Numbered from the stretch's first letter, positions 43,430-58,267 are shown. The stretch is 64,000 nt of DNA from Eledone cirrhosa (GCA_964016885.1 OZ024742.1:302498001-302562000), one strand, 5' to 3'. The notes: generated from the sequence alone by a model not told the origin. Made by a program: numbers and translations.

Positions 43430-43907
43430 AGCTCATTTCGGTGTGGAAGTCAGACCTTCGTAAAGACCTGAAGATTCGCCTCTTCGTTACTGTAGTGGAG
43501 TATGTGCTGCTGTACGGGTCTGATACTTGGACACTGACCAAGAAACTCACTCAGATGGTGGATGGGTGCTACACGAGAAGGCTGAGGATGGCTCTGAACA
43601 TTAATCAGTATACACTGAGGATGAAGAACTCAGAGCTGTACGGGAGCCTCCCAAAAGTCAGCTCAAAAGTGACACAGAGGAGACTGAGGTTAGCTGGACA
43701 TGCTCACCAACATCCAGAGTTGAAATTGCACTCAGTGCTTCTGTGGGACCCCCTACATGGACACACTGGAAGAGGAAGACCAAAGTTAACATATGTTGAT
43801 GCCCTAAGGACAGACACTGGTCTGTTGGAGACGCAGGGCATGGCAGCGATAATGAGGGACAGAGACCGCTGGAGAGAGCTCGTCCATGGATCTCGGGAAT
43901 TTGACCC

Positions 43908-43912
<5 letters not shown>
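43430..43912 (+). mobile_element. RTE-clade LINE 3' part
   Basis: [49 protein letters not shown]. Confidence 0.88.
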
Positions 43913-43954
<42 letters not shown>

Positions 43955-44295
43955 TTACAGAAACACGGAACGATTTGGAAGCCCATCGGAGGGATTGTAC
44001 CTGTAATTGAATGGTTCAGCCTTGTCACATGGCAAGCTGATCTTATCTGTGAATCATCCTAAGGGTACAAGTGGATGTGGAATACTCAACCATCGAGTCG
44101 CTTATTCAACAAGTAGGCTGTTCCGTTTGTCGAACACCGGGATGATTCTCTGTATAATATAGTGTTTATATGACTTAATTCTCTAATTCATATATCTTAT
44201 CTCTTTATCAATGTATGGTTATATATTCTTTTCCCCACAGACACACACAGACACACACACACAGACACACACAAAGACACACACACAGACACACG

Positions 44296-44339
<44 letters not shown>

Positions 44340-45861
44340 CACACACACACACACACACAGATATATACGTAGCTGGATGTACTCAGAGCCTATTCACTTT
44401 AATGCAATTGAACTCAACTCAATTGAATGTCGTTGTTATTTTATACAAGTACATTGAAAGTAGATTTCATCGTTAGTTGAAGTAGTAAAACTAATAGTTA
44501 CATTAGTAACAATTAAGAAATAAACACAATACATCTGAACAGATCATAGTAGGCAACATTAAGATCATAATATAATTACATAATATTGATTAGATTGGAA
44601 TTACATTGGTACAAAGTTTCACATCTTGGCGAATATAAAGTCTGTTACTTTATTTTATCGACCACGAAATATGAAAAGACAAATTTGACATTTTAAAGGT
44701 CCGTAACTAAATATCGAATACCATTTTATCTAACGGCTCTACCGAGTCTGTCAAACACATACCTACGAACTACGTACATCATACATCTGTTAATTGAACA
44801 GAGTTTTGTTCAGCTGTGTAACCATGTGGGTGTGGCAAGTTCGTTCTCCGAAATATAACGTTTGCCAGGTCGTGTAAAAGTTAAACGTTTTTAGTTCGAA
44901 TGGCTGACCTTTGGAATTCTGCTGAGAGATTCTCAAAGACAACAACTACGATTTAGAGACGAATGTTTCTCGTCGTTTTGTGTAGGAAGAAATTATCTAG
45001 AAATAGCATACAAATACAACCATACAGATGTACACACACACACTTATGTCTGGATACATGAATGTATGCATATATACGTACGCACATAATACATATACAT
45101 AAAAAAAACACACACATATATATATATATGTCTACATATGTGAGCATATAACGCTATGCCTTGTTGTGAAACATCGTTTCTTTAAAGACACATTATTTCA
45201 TTATTTGAAAGAGATAAAAATGTTTTGAAGAATAATTATTTCAAAACAGGACGTACTGTTATCCACTGTCACTTTGAAACTAGTGTTAAACGATTTAATG
45301 AAACGTCATTTCAATATCGCTATCTAATGTTCCTTTGAGAATAGATTGAATTGATGAGAAGAAACGTTTTTTGCAATACCGGACATACCGTTATCCAGGA
45401 TTTAAAGAAACATTATCTTAAAACCGGTGTTTTCGAATGGAGAGAGCATCTTGACGTCCGGAAGCGCCATCCTTAGGGAGAGACAGGTACACAGGTTTTC
45501 ACTCGACTCTCACTTCTGGCTATGGGGAGCGCTACCTATATGTATACAGCTAAATCGGAGCAAATACTTTAATGCTATTATTAGGCCGAGCCGGCCGACA
45601 ACTCCATATGAAAATGAGGTTTATCAGCCCGTATACATAGGCATGAAAACTATGTTTTCGCCTATATTAGATTCCTGCAGAGAGAGGGAGGGGGAATGGT
45701 GTCTTGATAATGACCGAAGTAAAAAGCAGTCGACAAATTACCCGGTCCTGCTTTTGCTGGAATCCACCTGATGGCGATAATCATCAGCTTTCAAATGTTT
45801 ATTCGTAAACATACCGTATATCCCTAGATATACAAATAGTCATACCTATACACACATACAT

Positions 45862-45892
<31 letters not shown>

Positions 45893-46096
45893 AAGCTTAT
45901 AACGAAACGATCGTATGGAAAGAAAGAGAGATTTATTTAATTATATCTCATATAAAATAATACAACCAACTATCCACGAAATACAGTATAGTTAGCACCC
46001 CAAACACATAATTGGGATTATACTCAGGTATATCCTAATGTTTGTTGAGTGAGATGGAGTTGGTCAGAGTATCGCTAAAAGCTTTCTCTGTTAATG

Positions 46097-46177
<81 letters not shown>

Positions 46178-46183
<6 letters not shown>

Positions 46184-46383
46184 AAAAGTGAATAATAACA
46201 TGGTCAACAGTACAAAAAGTTTTTCCGATGATTTGATTAGGCATACATTGTATTTAAAATTGAGTGACACAACTTCAAGTGATTAGTAATTTTTAGACAC
46301 CCTAATCAATGAAACAATTGTTAATACTGTAAATAAAACCCTTTTTGTACTGTTGACCATGTTATTCTTCACTCTTTCACTAT
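46178..46383 (+). mobile_element. Fold-back mini-element with a U4C hammerhead (core 46225-46322)
   Basis: CCGATGA t-ttgattagg..cctaatcaa-t GAAA caattg TT. Inverted arms at about 46178-46220 / 46340-46383. Confidence 0.68.
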
Positions 46384-46643
46384 TATTACTCGAAGATTAA
46401 CCTGCATAGGAATTCCCGAGAACTCGCAACCTAACCAAGGAAACCTCTTGTTGAGTCAAACAGCGCCGTACGCTAAAACTATCCACAATACGGAGTATTC
46501 ACAACCTCTAATTGGATTACCTATAACGATAATTTGTTATCCCATATATATATATATATATATAAATGACTTCTTGAAGTCATTTCTATATATGATAAAG
46601 ATGCCTATACCCTCGACCCGACACCAATCGGGTAACAAAATAT

Positions 46644-46678
<35 letters not shown>

Positions 46679-47343
46679 AGATAAATATGTAAGTTATGTG
46701 CTTGTATACATACAGAAACACACGTACACACATAACGTTTATGATTTTTGTTGGTTATGGCAATTGTTTTATGTCATGCGTCAAGACAAAGAGGGACATG
46801 AGAAATACAAAAGAGAGGAACGTATTTCACGTTTTTTAACATCAATATCTTCTCCCTCCCGTTTTCCCTACTTAGTTCCTCTCAAACACACACACACATA
46901 AATCAACCATAACAAAATTACCATTTCAGTAGACAAGTTAGTGGGCAACATTGCAGCCTGACAGGGGAGATCTCCTCAATTTGGCTCATTTCTGCCCGTC
47001 CCTTCGTTTTTGTGAAAATGGGTACAGTTTTCATTACGTAAATTCTTGGGTACCTTTTTTCATGGTACTCCCCGTCTGGGCTTTTAGAGGTTAGCAGGTC
47101 TGTATCTATCTATCATAATTGCTTTTGTATTTGTTGCTACTGTCTCTGAAGTTCTTTTGAGTACTCAACAAAACCTAATATGATGTTATTCTTCCACATA
47201 AAATAAAACATTCTTCGTCTTGTTTCGTTTGGATATTCATATCTGTACTGCATGAAGTTTTCACAGTGTTATTGGTTATATAGTAAATAGGTAAATACCG
47301 TTGTGTATGTTAAGTTATATTTAAATATATATCTGTGCTGAAG

Positions 47344-47398
<55 letters not shown>

Positions 47399-47424
47399 GC
47401 ACACACACACACACACACACACAT

Positions 47425-47462
<38 letters not shown>

Positions 47463-48039
47463 AAGCAAACACACACACACACAGACAGACAGAGACACAC
47501 ACATACATTCACACATACATGTACACACGCATACACAACATAAATGTTTCTATAAAAATATACACACATATACACCTGCATTATGGAAATTCTTTATACT
47601 TACGTGTATGTTTATATTAAAGAGAGAAATATGTGGTATATGTGTATTTGTGTATGTGTGTGTGTATGTATGTTTGTGTATGTATCAATATTTATAATTT
47701 TGTATGCATGTATGTATGTATGTATGTATGTATGTATGTATGTATGTATGTATGTATGTATATTATCAACTGTTTACTGATAATGCTGGGAACCCTGTTT
47801 AGAGGGTGGGGGGATGGGGGAAGAAACACTTGATATCACTTAATTCAGCAGAGTTGTTTCTGCTTATGCGGTGATGTATCTAAAGTGTTCTCTCTTAATG
47901 GATATCCAGATTGCGGTAAGCATTCACCAAGCAGGAAGACCTGTAATAGCTTTTCTACTCACGATCATCTTCACCTGCCCTGCAAATGGAATTCTACCCC
48001 GTACATATTTTCCTCTTCCACCGCTTTCTCTCCATCTTA

Positions 48040-48085
<46 letters not shown>

Positions 48086-48387
48086 TGTGCGCGTGTGTGT
48101 GTATATTATATACATATGTATTACATATATATATAATGCATTAATATATATATAATGTATTAATGTATATATATACATAATGTATTAATATATATATATA
48201 TATAATATAATATTTCCCCCTCACTATATCTTTTTATCTTATTCTCTCTTTTTACCTGGCCCCCCTCACCTTGCCACCCTTGTTCTCTCTGCCGATCACT
48301 CAACATATTTATGGGTTCATTGCTGAAACTTTCGTTAATTTTGTTGTTGTTGCTGCAGCTCTTTGGTATTATTGCTGGTGATGCTAC

Positions 48388-48388
48388 T

Positions 48389-48446
<58 letters not shown>

Positions 48447-48560
48447 CAGTAGTAGTTCTTCTTCTTCTTCTTCTTCTTCTTCTTCTTCTTCTTCTTCTTC
48501 TTCTTCTTCTTCTTCTTCTTCTTCTTCTTCTTCTTCTTCTTCTTCTTCTTCTTCTTCTTC
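48388..48560. repeat. (GTA)n followed by (TTC)n microsatellite
   Basis: Near-pure trinucleotide runs. Confidence 0.95.
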
Positions 48561-49359
48561 TCTCTCTCACGATGACAACGTTTATGATTATGACAATATC
48601 GACGGTGCTGATGGTTAAAGTATATTTTGAATCTCGTTCTCATCTATATTCCCACTAGTCCTTCTCACTCCTGTTTTTCTAAAACCTCATTATAAACCCC
48701 AACACTAGAAATAAGAATGAACGGAGGAATAAAAGAATTAACCAGTTATAAGTATAGTAGAAGAAAATAATGGAAACCAAGAAAATTACTAATGGTACCA
48801 AAAACAGTAAAACTAAAAACCAAACAGAACACGTACATTAAGTTTAACAAAACACCAGCACCACGTTTAAGAGAAACAGCAACACTACAGAGATACCAGG
48901 CTAATAATATTATCATAATTACCAAAAATAATACTAAGACAATCACTAAAACTAGTACTAACAAAACCACTGTAACAACATAAAACATTTGGCAGTATTG
49001 GTAGATCAGCAGTTTTAGACTCTAGTTTTTTTTGTATTATTATTAATTATTATTATTTTTTATTATTTAATTTTTTTATATTTTTAATCTCAATTTATTA
49101 ACCTTTTAATTTTATAACTTTCCACTCTCAGATTCCTCAAGAATTCTTTATTCGCCTGCTTACTAACTAGCCTAATTTCATACACACTCCTTAGAATTTG
49201 TTGTATAGAATTCACTTTCAACGCTTGACCGCCTCCCTCCACCCCCTCATTGTTCTACAGGAAAGTTCAGCCACCCACCGCCATGAAAGATTTAATTGTG
49301 TTTACAAGACATTTTTGACCAATCCTTTTGACAACTACAATCTTCCCATATAAGGAATT

Positions 49360-49454
49360 ACCCCTTGAAAAGTTCGGCTATTTATTACCACCCTAAAAAT
49401 TCTAACTTAGTCCATAAATAGCCGTCGAAATGGCTTGAGCTCTGCCGTCGGGGT
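49360..49454 (+). ncRNA. Complete family H2 hammerhead, U3:A8 variant
   Basis: acccc TTGAAAA gtt-cggctattta..taaatagccg-tc GAAA tggc-ttgagctct-gccg TC ggggt. Confidence 0.8.
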
Positions 49455-49562
49455 CTTGAACATTTTCCTATATATATATTTATATAGTAATAATAAATGT
49501 GAAGACTAAAATACGAAGAGGGCTCGATAAGGATTATATATATCAAGTAGATAAACCTGAAG

Positions 49563-49614
49563 AGTTTCAGAAGATCCCGTAAAAGGGTGAAAGCAGCGAT
49601 TCGTTGCTTAAACT
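49563..49614 (+). ncRNA. Hammerhead, U4A variant (family H3)
   Basis: agttt CAGAAGA tccc-gtaaaa-gggt GAAA gcagcg-att-cgttgc TT aaact. Confidence 0.78.
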
Positions 49615-50652
49615 TTAAACTGTACTTATATATATAAAGACACTCTTCGGTCACAAATGAATATGGGATTTGCACTTAGAAAGTTCCCCTTCAAGGGACA
49701 AGTCCGGTTAAGGTTGTTTGTGGAAGATCATACCAGCCTCTCCTTTCCACGACACCGATGTTGTTGAAGAAAATGGCAATGGTCGCTGCAACTTGGCATT
49801 GGCACCAGTGTCATTGCAACTCATTTCTACATCTGAGTAAACTGAATATATATTCCTTGGAGAAAACCACGTGTTTATAGCGAAATTTACTGCTAGAACA
49901 CACCCGCTGAGGCTATAGAACGCAAGACTTGTTGACGAAGTAAATCCTTTGTTCTGTCGTCAAAGGCCATTAACTTGCAGACCCCTGCAAGCGGAATTAG
50001 TCGATCTCGGATTTACAGAAACCTAGCGTGGATGTTGTATGTTGTATGTGATATATATAGTATGCTATACGATATGCATTATGTATTGCATTCGGTCTCC
50101 GCGTGATGGTCAAGGTCAGTCAAAAATCTTTTCCTGAGTCCAGTCTTTTTCGTTGCTATGGCAATGCGGCTGGACTGCCGATCGCTATATTTGATTTGCA
50201 AAGCTGTCTGAAAGTATTGTTATTACTCTGGGGTATTATTCTCCATCAAGTGCTAAAGCTACATTCCGAATTTGCATTCGTTAGCTTAGCCGCAGCCTAA
50301 AGCTGTACTAAAATTTATATATATATATATATAGTCTTAAATATGCCTAAAATAGACGGGATGGTCATAGCTGGAACACCAAGGATAAAAGACAAAATTG
50401 ACCTCGGCCAGATTTGAACTCAGAACGTAAAAAGACGGAAGTAATATCGCGAATTCTTTTTTATGAGACTCTACCGATTTGGCCAATCCACCTGTCTTAA
50501 CCAGGGGTTAAATAATAACAATACTAAAAATGTTTTGTTTGTGTGTAGTTTAGTTAGAATGTGAAAAAGTAATAGGTAGAGAATGTTAGGGTGTCGGGAG
50601 GGAGGAGTGTGTGAGAGAGCGAGGGGTGTGAGTGAGTGAGATAGTTAGATAG

Positions 50653-50690
<38 letters not shown>

Positions 50691-50762
50691 GGGGGGGGAG
50701 AAAGGAGAGAGACGTGGAGTGAGTTAAAGGGGGAGTAGAAAGACCGAGAGATAGAGAGATAG

Positions 50763-50819
<57 letters not shown>

Positions 50820-51534
50820 TCAGTGAGGGAGAGTGGAGAAGAGAGGAGTGAGTGAGTAGAGAGGAGTGAGTGAGAGAGAGTGGGAGAGACGAGTGAATGA
50901 GGGAGTGTGGAGGAGAGACGAATGAGTGAAGAAGGAGGGGGCGAGAGACGGGGGAGTGAAAGAGAGAGAGAGGGAGTGAGAAAATTAGATAGATTTATAG
51001 ATATAGATAGACAGGGAACGGAGCTACCTCGTTGGCTCTTATTCTATTAATGGGTCCAGCCAATATGTTCGTTTGAAAAACAACAATAACAACAACAGTA
51101 TTAATAATAAAAATAACAACAACAATATTAATAATAAATATAACAATAATAATATTAATAATAAATATAATAAATAAATAAAAAAAACGTAAACAACCAC
51201 TTCAAAAAGTAAGAAAAAAATGAATTATATATAAACGAATGAAAAAAGAAAAAAACATTTATTTTCTAAATGGCGAAGAAATTGTGGAAGAACGAGCCAA
51301 CATTTTCAACATAACGCCTGGCCTCAATTTACAAACATCTTTAACCTTACAACCTTTTATTCAACACAAACCTCTCTTATGTTATATCTTATTTCTGTGA
51401 TTTCTCCTATTTTATGTTGCTGCTAGCAATGTCTTTTCTCAACATATTCTAAACATATTTGTCAGTCTGTTTATCTGTCTGTCTGCGTCTATGTTTCTCT
51501 CCCTCCTTCGCTGTGTCTATCTCTTTCTCCTTCC

Positions 51535-51620
<86 letters not shown>

Positions 51621-51633
51621 TATATATACATAT

Positions 51634-51676
<43 letters not shown>

Positions 51677-51715
51677 CATACATACATATATATATATACA
51701 TAAATACATACATAC

Positions 51716-51750
<35 letters not shown>

Positions 51751-51859
51751 CATACATACATATATATATACATATATATATAATGAAAAATTGAACAGGG
51801 ACAGAACAGAGAGGCAGTACAATAAATGTTTATTAAATTCACGCTCAGGAGAGTGGGGG

Positions 51860-51897
51860 GGGGGGACGTTTCGGGCATAAGCCCTTCTTCAGGTGAG
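51860..51897 (-). ncRNA. Minimal PLE-type hammerhead, stem I lost
   Basis: Minus strand: CTGAAGA agggc-ttat-gccc GAAA cg TC. Confidence 0.65.
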
Positions 51898-51994
51898 AAG
51901 TGTGTGGGAACAGAGTTCAAAAGGTGTGTAAGGGAGTGGTGGAGAGACATATAGCGAAAGAAAACGGTGCGAATGAAAAATTAACAAATAAAGA

Positions 51995-52028
<34 letters not shown>

Positions 52029-52030
<2 letters not shown>

Positions 52031-52216
52031 ATTGTTTCTACGTTTGGCACAAGGCCAGAAATTACCCAGTGTATTACTGGTACTTTATTTTATCGACCCC
52101 GTAAGGATGAAAGGCAAAGTTAACCTCGGCGGGATTTGAACTCAGAATGGCAAGGGCCGTAACTCTATGCGTCAAAGCATGGCGTCCGACCCTCTACCGA
52201 TACTGCCAATCCACCA
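52029..52216 (-). mobile_element. SINE S1
   Basis: As above. Confidence 0.85.
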
Positions 52217-52415
52217 TCCAAAGAGGGCTCGATAAGGATAAATATATATCAAATATATAAGAACTGTAGAGCAAATATTTATTAAAATAACTGATTAAAG
52301 TTTAAGCAAAGAATCGCTGCTTTCACCCTTAACGGGATCTTCTGAGTTTCAGAAGATCCCGTTAAGGGTGAAAGCAGCGATTCTTTGCTTAAACTTTAAT
52401 CTGTTATTTTAATAA

Positions 52416-52420
<5 letters not shown>
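52217..52420. mobile_element. Family H3 fold-back; U4A hammerhead at 52345-52395 (+) and mirrored core at 52299-52344 (-)
   Basis: Palindrome centred near 52347. Confidence 0.8.
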
Positions 52421-52446
<26 letters not shown>

Positions 52447-52593
52447 TTTTGAGTATATGTTGGTTGTATACCAACACCTCAGTATGCAGGCTGGAGTACT
52501 CGACGAAGTGCGCAGGTTGGTTTGGTTACTCCGGAGTAATGTAAAATAAAGTTAAATAAAAAGTCAAATGTTTAAAATTTAGCTTTGTTTATT

Positions 52594-52648
52594 ACTGCTA
52601 TATATATTTCAGTGACAGCCATCTTTGGCTGTGACCTCTTCAGGCAGT
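52594..52648 (-). ncRNA. Type I hammerhead ribozyme
   Basis: Minus strand: actgc CTGAAGA ggtcacagcca-aaga-tggctgtcact GAAA tatata TA gcagt. Confidence 0.87.
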
Positions 52649-52873
52649 CCGAATTAGTGTGGTATAGACAAGTACATATGTTGTTGAGGTGTATAATATT
52701 GTCAATACTCTGATATGCCCAGTTCCTGGTTGGGTTGTTATTTCACTGAGGAACTGGAATCATATGAATTCAAACAAACGAATATACATATATATACATA
52801 TATATACATATATACATATATACATATATATATATATACACACACACATACATATATATACATATATATATGC

Positions 52874-52908
<35 letters not shown>

Positions 52909-53152
52909 CACACATGTATATAAATATATATATACTCCCATGTACGTCAATACTCATCTTTTCCCATTTCTCCGAGGGTTCTTAACCCCACTATCAGGCT
53001 AAATAATTTCTTTAATTTCTTTAGTCAAAATACGGCGATAGCTTACATTTCTAATAATTTCAAACCCACTAGCTGTTTCGAAAATATTCTTACTTAATAT
53101 ATATATACATATATATACACACACATGTATATATATATACACACACACAGAG

Positions 53153-53199
<47 letters not shown>

Positions 53200-53265
53200 G
53201 ACACAATAGACACACATATATACACATATACATATTTACGTATGGGTTATATCGAACATTAATAA

Positions 53266-53445
53266 TAATTGTTTCTACTTTTGGCACAAGGCCAGCAATT
53301 ATCCCACTGGTACTTTATTTTATCGACCCCGTAAGGTTGAAAGGCAAAGTTAACCTCGGCAGGATTTGAACTTACACCCTAAATGACTGTAGCTCTATGT
53401 TGCAAAGCATAGCGTCCGGTCCGGTTCTCTACCAATACCGCCAAT
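53266..53445 (-). mobile_element. SINE S1 inserted into an H1-related mini-element (about 53236-53975)
   Basis: The host element has the direct repeat TACGTATGGGTTATAT..AACATTAATAATAAT at about 53237 and 53933. Confidence 0.75.
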
Positions 53446-53530
53446 TTGTTTATAAACAAACGGCCCTATTTGAAGCTGTGCCATCCGGTGACTGATCGTC
53501 ACTTGTTTGTTCAACACTGGCTTTGAGGAG

Positions 53531-53571
53531 CAATCAACATGTTTCTCGGCCATTACCCTTCATCTGGACTG
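53531..53571 (-). ncRNA. Hammerhead-like motif, U4A, weak stem II
   Basis: Minus strand: cagtc CAGATGA agggtaatggccga GAAA catg TT gattg. Confidence 0.55.
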
Positions 53572-53777
53572 TATGCCTCTGCCAGTCTGTTGAACGGTTG
53601 AAAATATATAGTATTTTCTTAAGTAAACATCGGCTGAGTAGCCTCATTAGCACACCAAGCGAGTTACGGCTGGACTTGCCGAATGTTAAAAATATAATTA
53701 GAATTTTATTTCTCGCCCTAGCACAGCTAAAACATAAATGTAAGTATGCACACGTACACACACACGCACACACGCAC

Positions 53778-53897
<120 letters not shown>

Positions 53898-54557
53898 ATA
53901 TATATACACACACATATATACATATACATATGTACGTATGGGTTATATAAAACATTAATAATAATGTTCGATTCGTTTTAAACGATATATATATATATAA
54001 CTTTGATAGGCTATGTCTAACTTAATAGCACCATCTGGTGAAGTCTTTCAGATTATGGGTTCCCAATCTAGTCATGTTTTGGACACCGTCTCCCACTCTA
54101 GTAAAGAGTTGTTGTTTTTGAAAACATATCTGAGTGTAGGGGATTTTGTCATGAATTCTTGGAAGAATTTGACCAGGGAACGTTTGATTATGGGGTCTAT
54201 TTCTGTCTTCATGTATTTCGGTAGGATATTATGAGAGCGGGACCAGTTAAGATGAAGTAGTTGTGTCGTATCGTCGCTATGAGATGCAAGTTTGATTTTT
54301 GTAGTTGGCGGTTAGCACAGGAACCAAGCATCGGGTGGATTTTAAAGGTGATATCAATATCGTTTAGGCTATATTGATAGAATATTTTCCACATCATACA
54401 GATGATTAATTAATTATATCGGCAAATATAGTAATTAAATTTCAAAAATCTCCTCAGGAAATAAAATTCTAGACTTAAGATATAATAGTCCCATTAATAT
54501 TAAAATTTTATAATGTTTAATAACAGTCATTACAGTATGTGGACTAATAACCTACAC

Positions 54558-54849
54558 CAGCCATGGGCAACCTGCTGCCCGCGAAGCTTTCTGAATGACT
54601 GGCTTAAGTCATTTGAGTAAAATCTTTCTGATTTTTTTTACCCAACTTTTCAGTCGTAATTTATCTTTCTATCATTTTTACGATGGAGAAAAACAACGTG
54701 TACGTATTCTGAAGAAACAAATCAAAACAACCTGAATTACCACCATTTTTTAAAAATGTGGACACGAATGTAAATTGGCGCTTGTGGCCCGCCTGACGAT
54801 GAGCCATATCTCATGCGGCCTGCTTCTCGAAAAAGGTTGCTCATGCCTG
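54558..54849. mobile_element. hAT (Charlie-like) MITE
   Basis: TIRs CAGCCATGGGCAACCT / AGGTTGCTCATGCCTG. 8-bp TSD ACCTACAC (54550-54557, 54850-54857). Confidence 0.88.
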
Positions 54850-55183
54850 ACCTACACCCTTCACTTCTATATACCACAGTGTTATAATGTTTTATAACAG
54901 TCATTACAGCCTGTGGACTAATAACCTACACCCTTCACTTCTATATACCACAGTGTTATAATGTTTTATAACAGTCATTACAGCCTGTGGACTAATAACC
55001 TACACTCTTCACTTCTATATACCACAGTGTTATAATGTTTTATAACAGTCATTACAACCTGTGGACTAATAACCTACACTCTTCACTTCTATATAACTTA
55101 ATATCAGTGTTATAATGTTTAATAATAGTGATTACAGCATGAGGACTAACAACCTTCTACACCCTTCACTTCTATATAAATTA

Positions 55184-55349
55184 CCGTATTTCCCGGCGCC
55201 GAAGACGCCTCGTACTCGAGGGCGCACCCTAATTTTGACAACTGAAAATTTGAAAAAAGAAAATAAGCAAATTTCGGCCTCCAGGACACAGTAGATTTTT
55301 GGGACTTATTTTAGGAAAAAAGTAGCGTCTTCGACGCCGAGATATACAG
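55184..55349. mobile_element. Tc1/mariner-pogo type MITE
   Basis: TIRs CCGTATTTCCCGGCGCCGAAGACGC / GCGTCTTCGACGCCGAGATATACAG with TA on both sides. Confidence 0.82.
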
Positions 55350-56010
55350 TAATACCACAGTGTTATAATGTTTAATAGCAGTCATTACAGCTTGTGGACT
55401 AATAACCTACACCCTTCACTTCTATATAACTTAATATCAGTGTTATAATGTTTTATATTAATGTTTTTCTTAGATACATTTTGCATCTTCCTCACCTTTG
55501 GAACTTTGTGTGACCTTTATCTGTGTACCTTGCTTATCATTGCTCGCCTATTCGGTAATGAGACCATTATACCCCATCTGGTCAGTTCATGTGAGTATCT
55601 TGGTCAGCCTATGAACTTTCGGCCGACTCTTGTAGTCTATCTAGCTACCAAACAGTTCCGACTACCCTGTTTCACTCACAAGGCATAAATCTATCTGAGG
55701 CTATGGTAAATGACATTTACCCAAGATACCACACTGTGGGATCGAATCCGGGTCTTAATGATTGCGAACTTTATAACCATTCAGCCATGATGTGTCCACT
55801 CTAAATATTGTATTGTATATATTGATAACTTTTAACCGTAAGCAGAAGAACTCACATTTTATGGATGGCTAGAGAAGAAGAAATTACCACAATATTTGAA
55901 CGGTACCTTATTTTATCATCACCAGAAAGATAAGAAGAAATGTAACTTGGATGGGATTGGAACACAAATTATGTTTACACATAACCCTAATAGGATATGT
56001 AATGAAAAAT

Positions 56011-56400
56011 AATTGTTTCTACTTTTGGCACAAGGCCAGCAATTACCCCAGTGCATTAGTGGTGATTTATTTTATAGACCCCGTAAGGATAAAAGGCAAA
56101 GTTAACCTCGGCGGGATTTGAACCCAGTGCATAAAGGGCCGTAACCCTCTGCCACAAAGCAGGGTGTCTGACGCTCTACCGATACAGCCAATCCACCGCT
56201 CTGTAATGAAAAATAATTGTACTTTTGGCACAAGGCCAGCAATTATACCAGTGTATTACTGGTACTTTATTTTATCGACCCCGTAAGGATGAAAGGCAAA
56301 GTCAACCTCGGCGGGATTTGAACTCAGATCGTAAAGGGACGTAACTATGCTGGAAAGCATGGCGTCCGACCCTCTACCGATACTGCCAATCCACCGCCCT
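56011..56400 (-). mobile_element. Two tandem SINE S1 copies; the first is flanked by a 13-bp duplication
   Basis: TGTAATGAAAAAT at 55998-56010 and 56202-56214. Confidence 0.85.
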
Positions 56401-56569
56401 TATAAGCATAATAATAATAATAATAGTAAATATTCCATTAATGCTTCCAAAGTGAAGAGTTACAACAAGACGTCGTGACATTGGTCGTCGTTTGTCACGA
56501 TAAAGATGTTAAATATTGTTAAGAAATACAATGAAGACTGATGGAAACTATGTAGATCACGACTACAAC

Positions 56570-57306
56570 GATGATGATGATAGTGGTGGTGGTGATGGTG
56601 ATGGTGATGATGATGGTGGTGGTGATGATAGTGGTGATGGTGATGGTGATGGTGATGATGATGGTGGTGTTGATGGTGATGATGGTGGTGGTGATGATAG
56701 TGGTGGTGGTGATGGTGATGGTGATGATGATGGTGGTGGTGATGATAGTGGTGGTGGTGATGGTGATGGTGGTGGTGATGATAGTGGTGGTGATGGTGAT
56801 GATGATGGTGATGATGATGGTGGTAGTGATGATAGTGGTGATGGTGATGGTGATGGTGATGGTGATGATGATGGTGATGATGATGGTGGTAGTGATGATA
56901 GTGGTGATGGTGATGGTGATGATTGTGATGATGGTGGTAGTGATGGTGATGGTGATGATGATGGTGATGGTAGTGGTGATGGTGGTGTAGATTGTGATGA
57001 TGATGATAGTGGTGGTAGTGATGGTGATGGTGGTGGTGAAGGTGATGGTGTAGATTGTGATGATGATGATGGTAGTGATGGTGGTTGTGATGATGATGAT
57101 GGTAGTGATGGTGGTGGTTGTGATGATGATGATGGTAGTGATGATGGTGGTTGTGATGATGGTGGTGGTTGTGATGGTGGTGGTTGTGATGATGGTGGTG
57201 GTTGTGATGGTGGTGGTTGTGATGATGGTGGTGGTTGTGATGATGGTGGTGGTTGTGATGGTGGTGATGTTAGTGATGATGGTGATGGTTGTGATGGTGG
57301 TGATGA
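56570..57306. repeat. Compound (GAT/GGT/TGT) trinucleotide repeat
   Basis: Low-complexity triplet mosaic. Confidence 0.95.
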
Positions 57307-57853
57307 CCATAATGTGGTCCGCACATCTCTGTTCTGTTAACCCCATACCCCCTCTGTCTCTCTATTTCTTCTTTCTTTACAACATACAACGCACATACAA
57401 CACACAACACAAAACAACAATATGATGATGATGATGGTGCACGTTATTCGAGTTGGCATTGCATGATATACATTATTATAATTATTAATAATTTATCGTG
57501 CAATGCTGTGCGTGAAGATATGTTTTTAAGTGAGGAAGTATGTGCATGAGAATCACTCTTGAGGAAGTAGTATAACGAAAGAAGAAAGATAATATATGGT
57601 AACTATGAGCGAGGTTTTATATCGGAGTTATCAGTTCTGAGTTGCTTTCTAGAAGAATACCTGACAAGGTAGGGGTATTATCAGTGTTAACAGCGATCGG
57701 GTGTCAGCGATATTTATATGTCCGGCATATAAATATGAACATGATATATAATATTATATAATTAATAGTTATATCTATATATATATATATATATAATATA
57801 TATATATATACACACACAACATATATATATAATTATATACATAAATGATGTAT

Positions 57854-57938
<85 letters not shown>

Positions 57939-58106
57939 AGTATATATACATATACATACATATTTACACAATTTTAGTTGGCTGTTGAGTATTATGAGTT
58001 CTTCCGCCCTTTGTCAGATTTGTAATTTTGTCCTGCCGGGTGTCCAAAATCACCCTCCTCACCAAGTAAACTTGGTGGGGTCGCCAGTTTAGTTACCGAC
58101 GACCCG

Positions 58107-58209
<103 letters not shown>

Positions 58210-58225
58210 TATATACATACACACA

Positions 58226-58267
<42 letters not shown>

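Larger units (their letters stand above)
54508..55455. repeat. 74-bp minisatellite interrupted by two MITEs
   Basis: ACCACAGTGTTATAATG.. units start at 54873, 54947 and 55021, with further variant units on either side. Confidence 0.9.

Noticed and set aside
45215-45380. Scattered TTGATGA/GAAACG words resembling hammerheads
   Set aside because: There is no stem II or consistent stem I, so they are compatible with chance in AT-rich DNA.
47963-47979. Possible 17-nt minus-strand microexon (tttgcag..gtgagt)
   Set aside because: It has a weak pyrimidine tract, is not frame-preserving, and no partner exons were found.
54005-54400. Coding-like composition on the minus strand
   Set aside because: Short broken frames without a recognisable motif.
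54508-55455. Possible CRISPR-like array
   Set aside because: The units are contiguous tandem repeats. The interruptions are MITEs, there are no cas genes, and the context is eukaryotic.
56516-57346. Asp/Gly-rich 274-aa ORF (and Ser/Pro- and Ile/Thr-rich antisense ORFs)
   Set aside because: It is open in several frames because it is a triplet-repeat mosaic. It has no domain or splice support.
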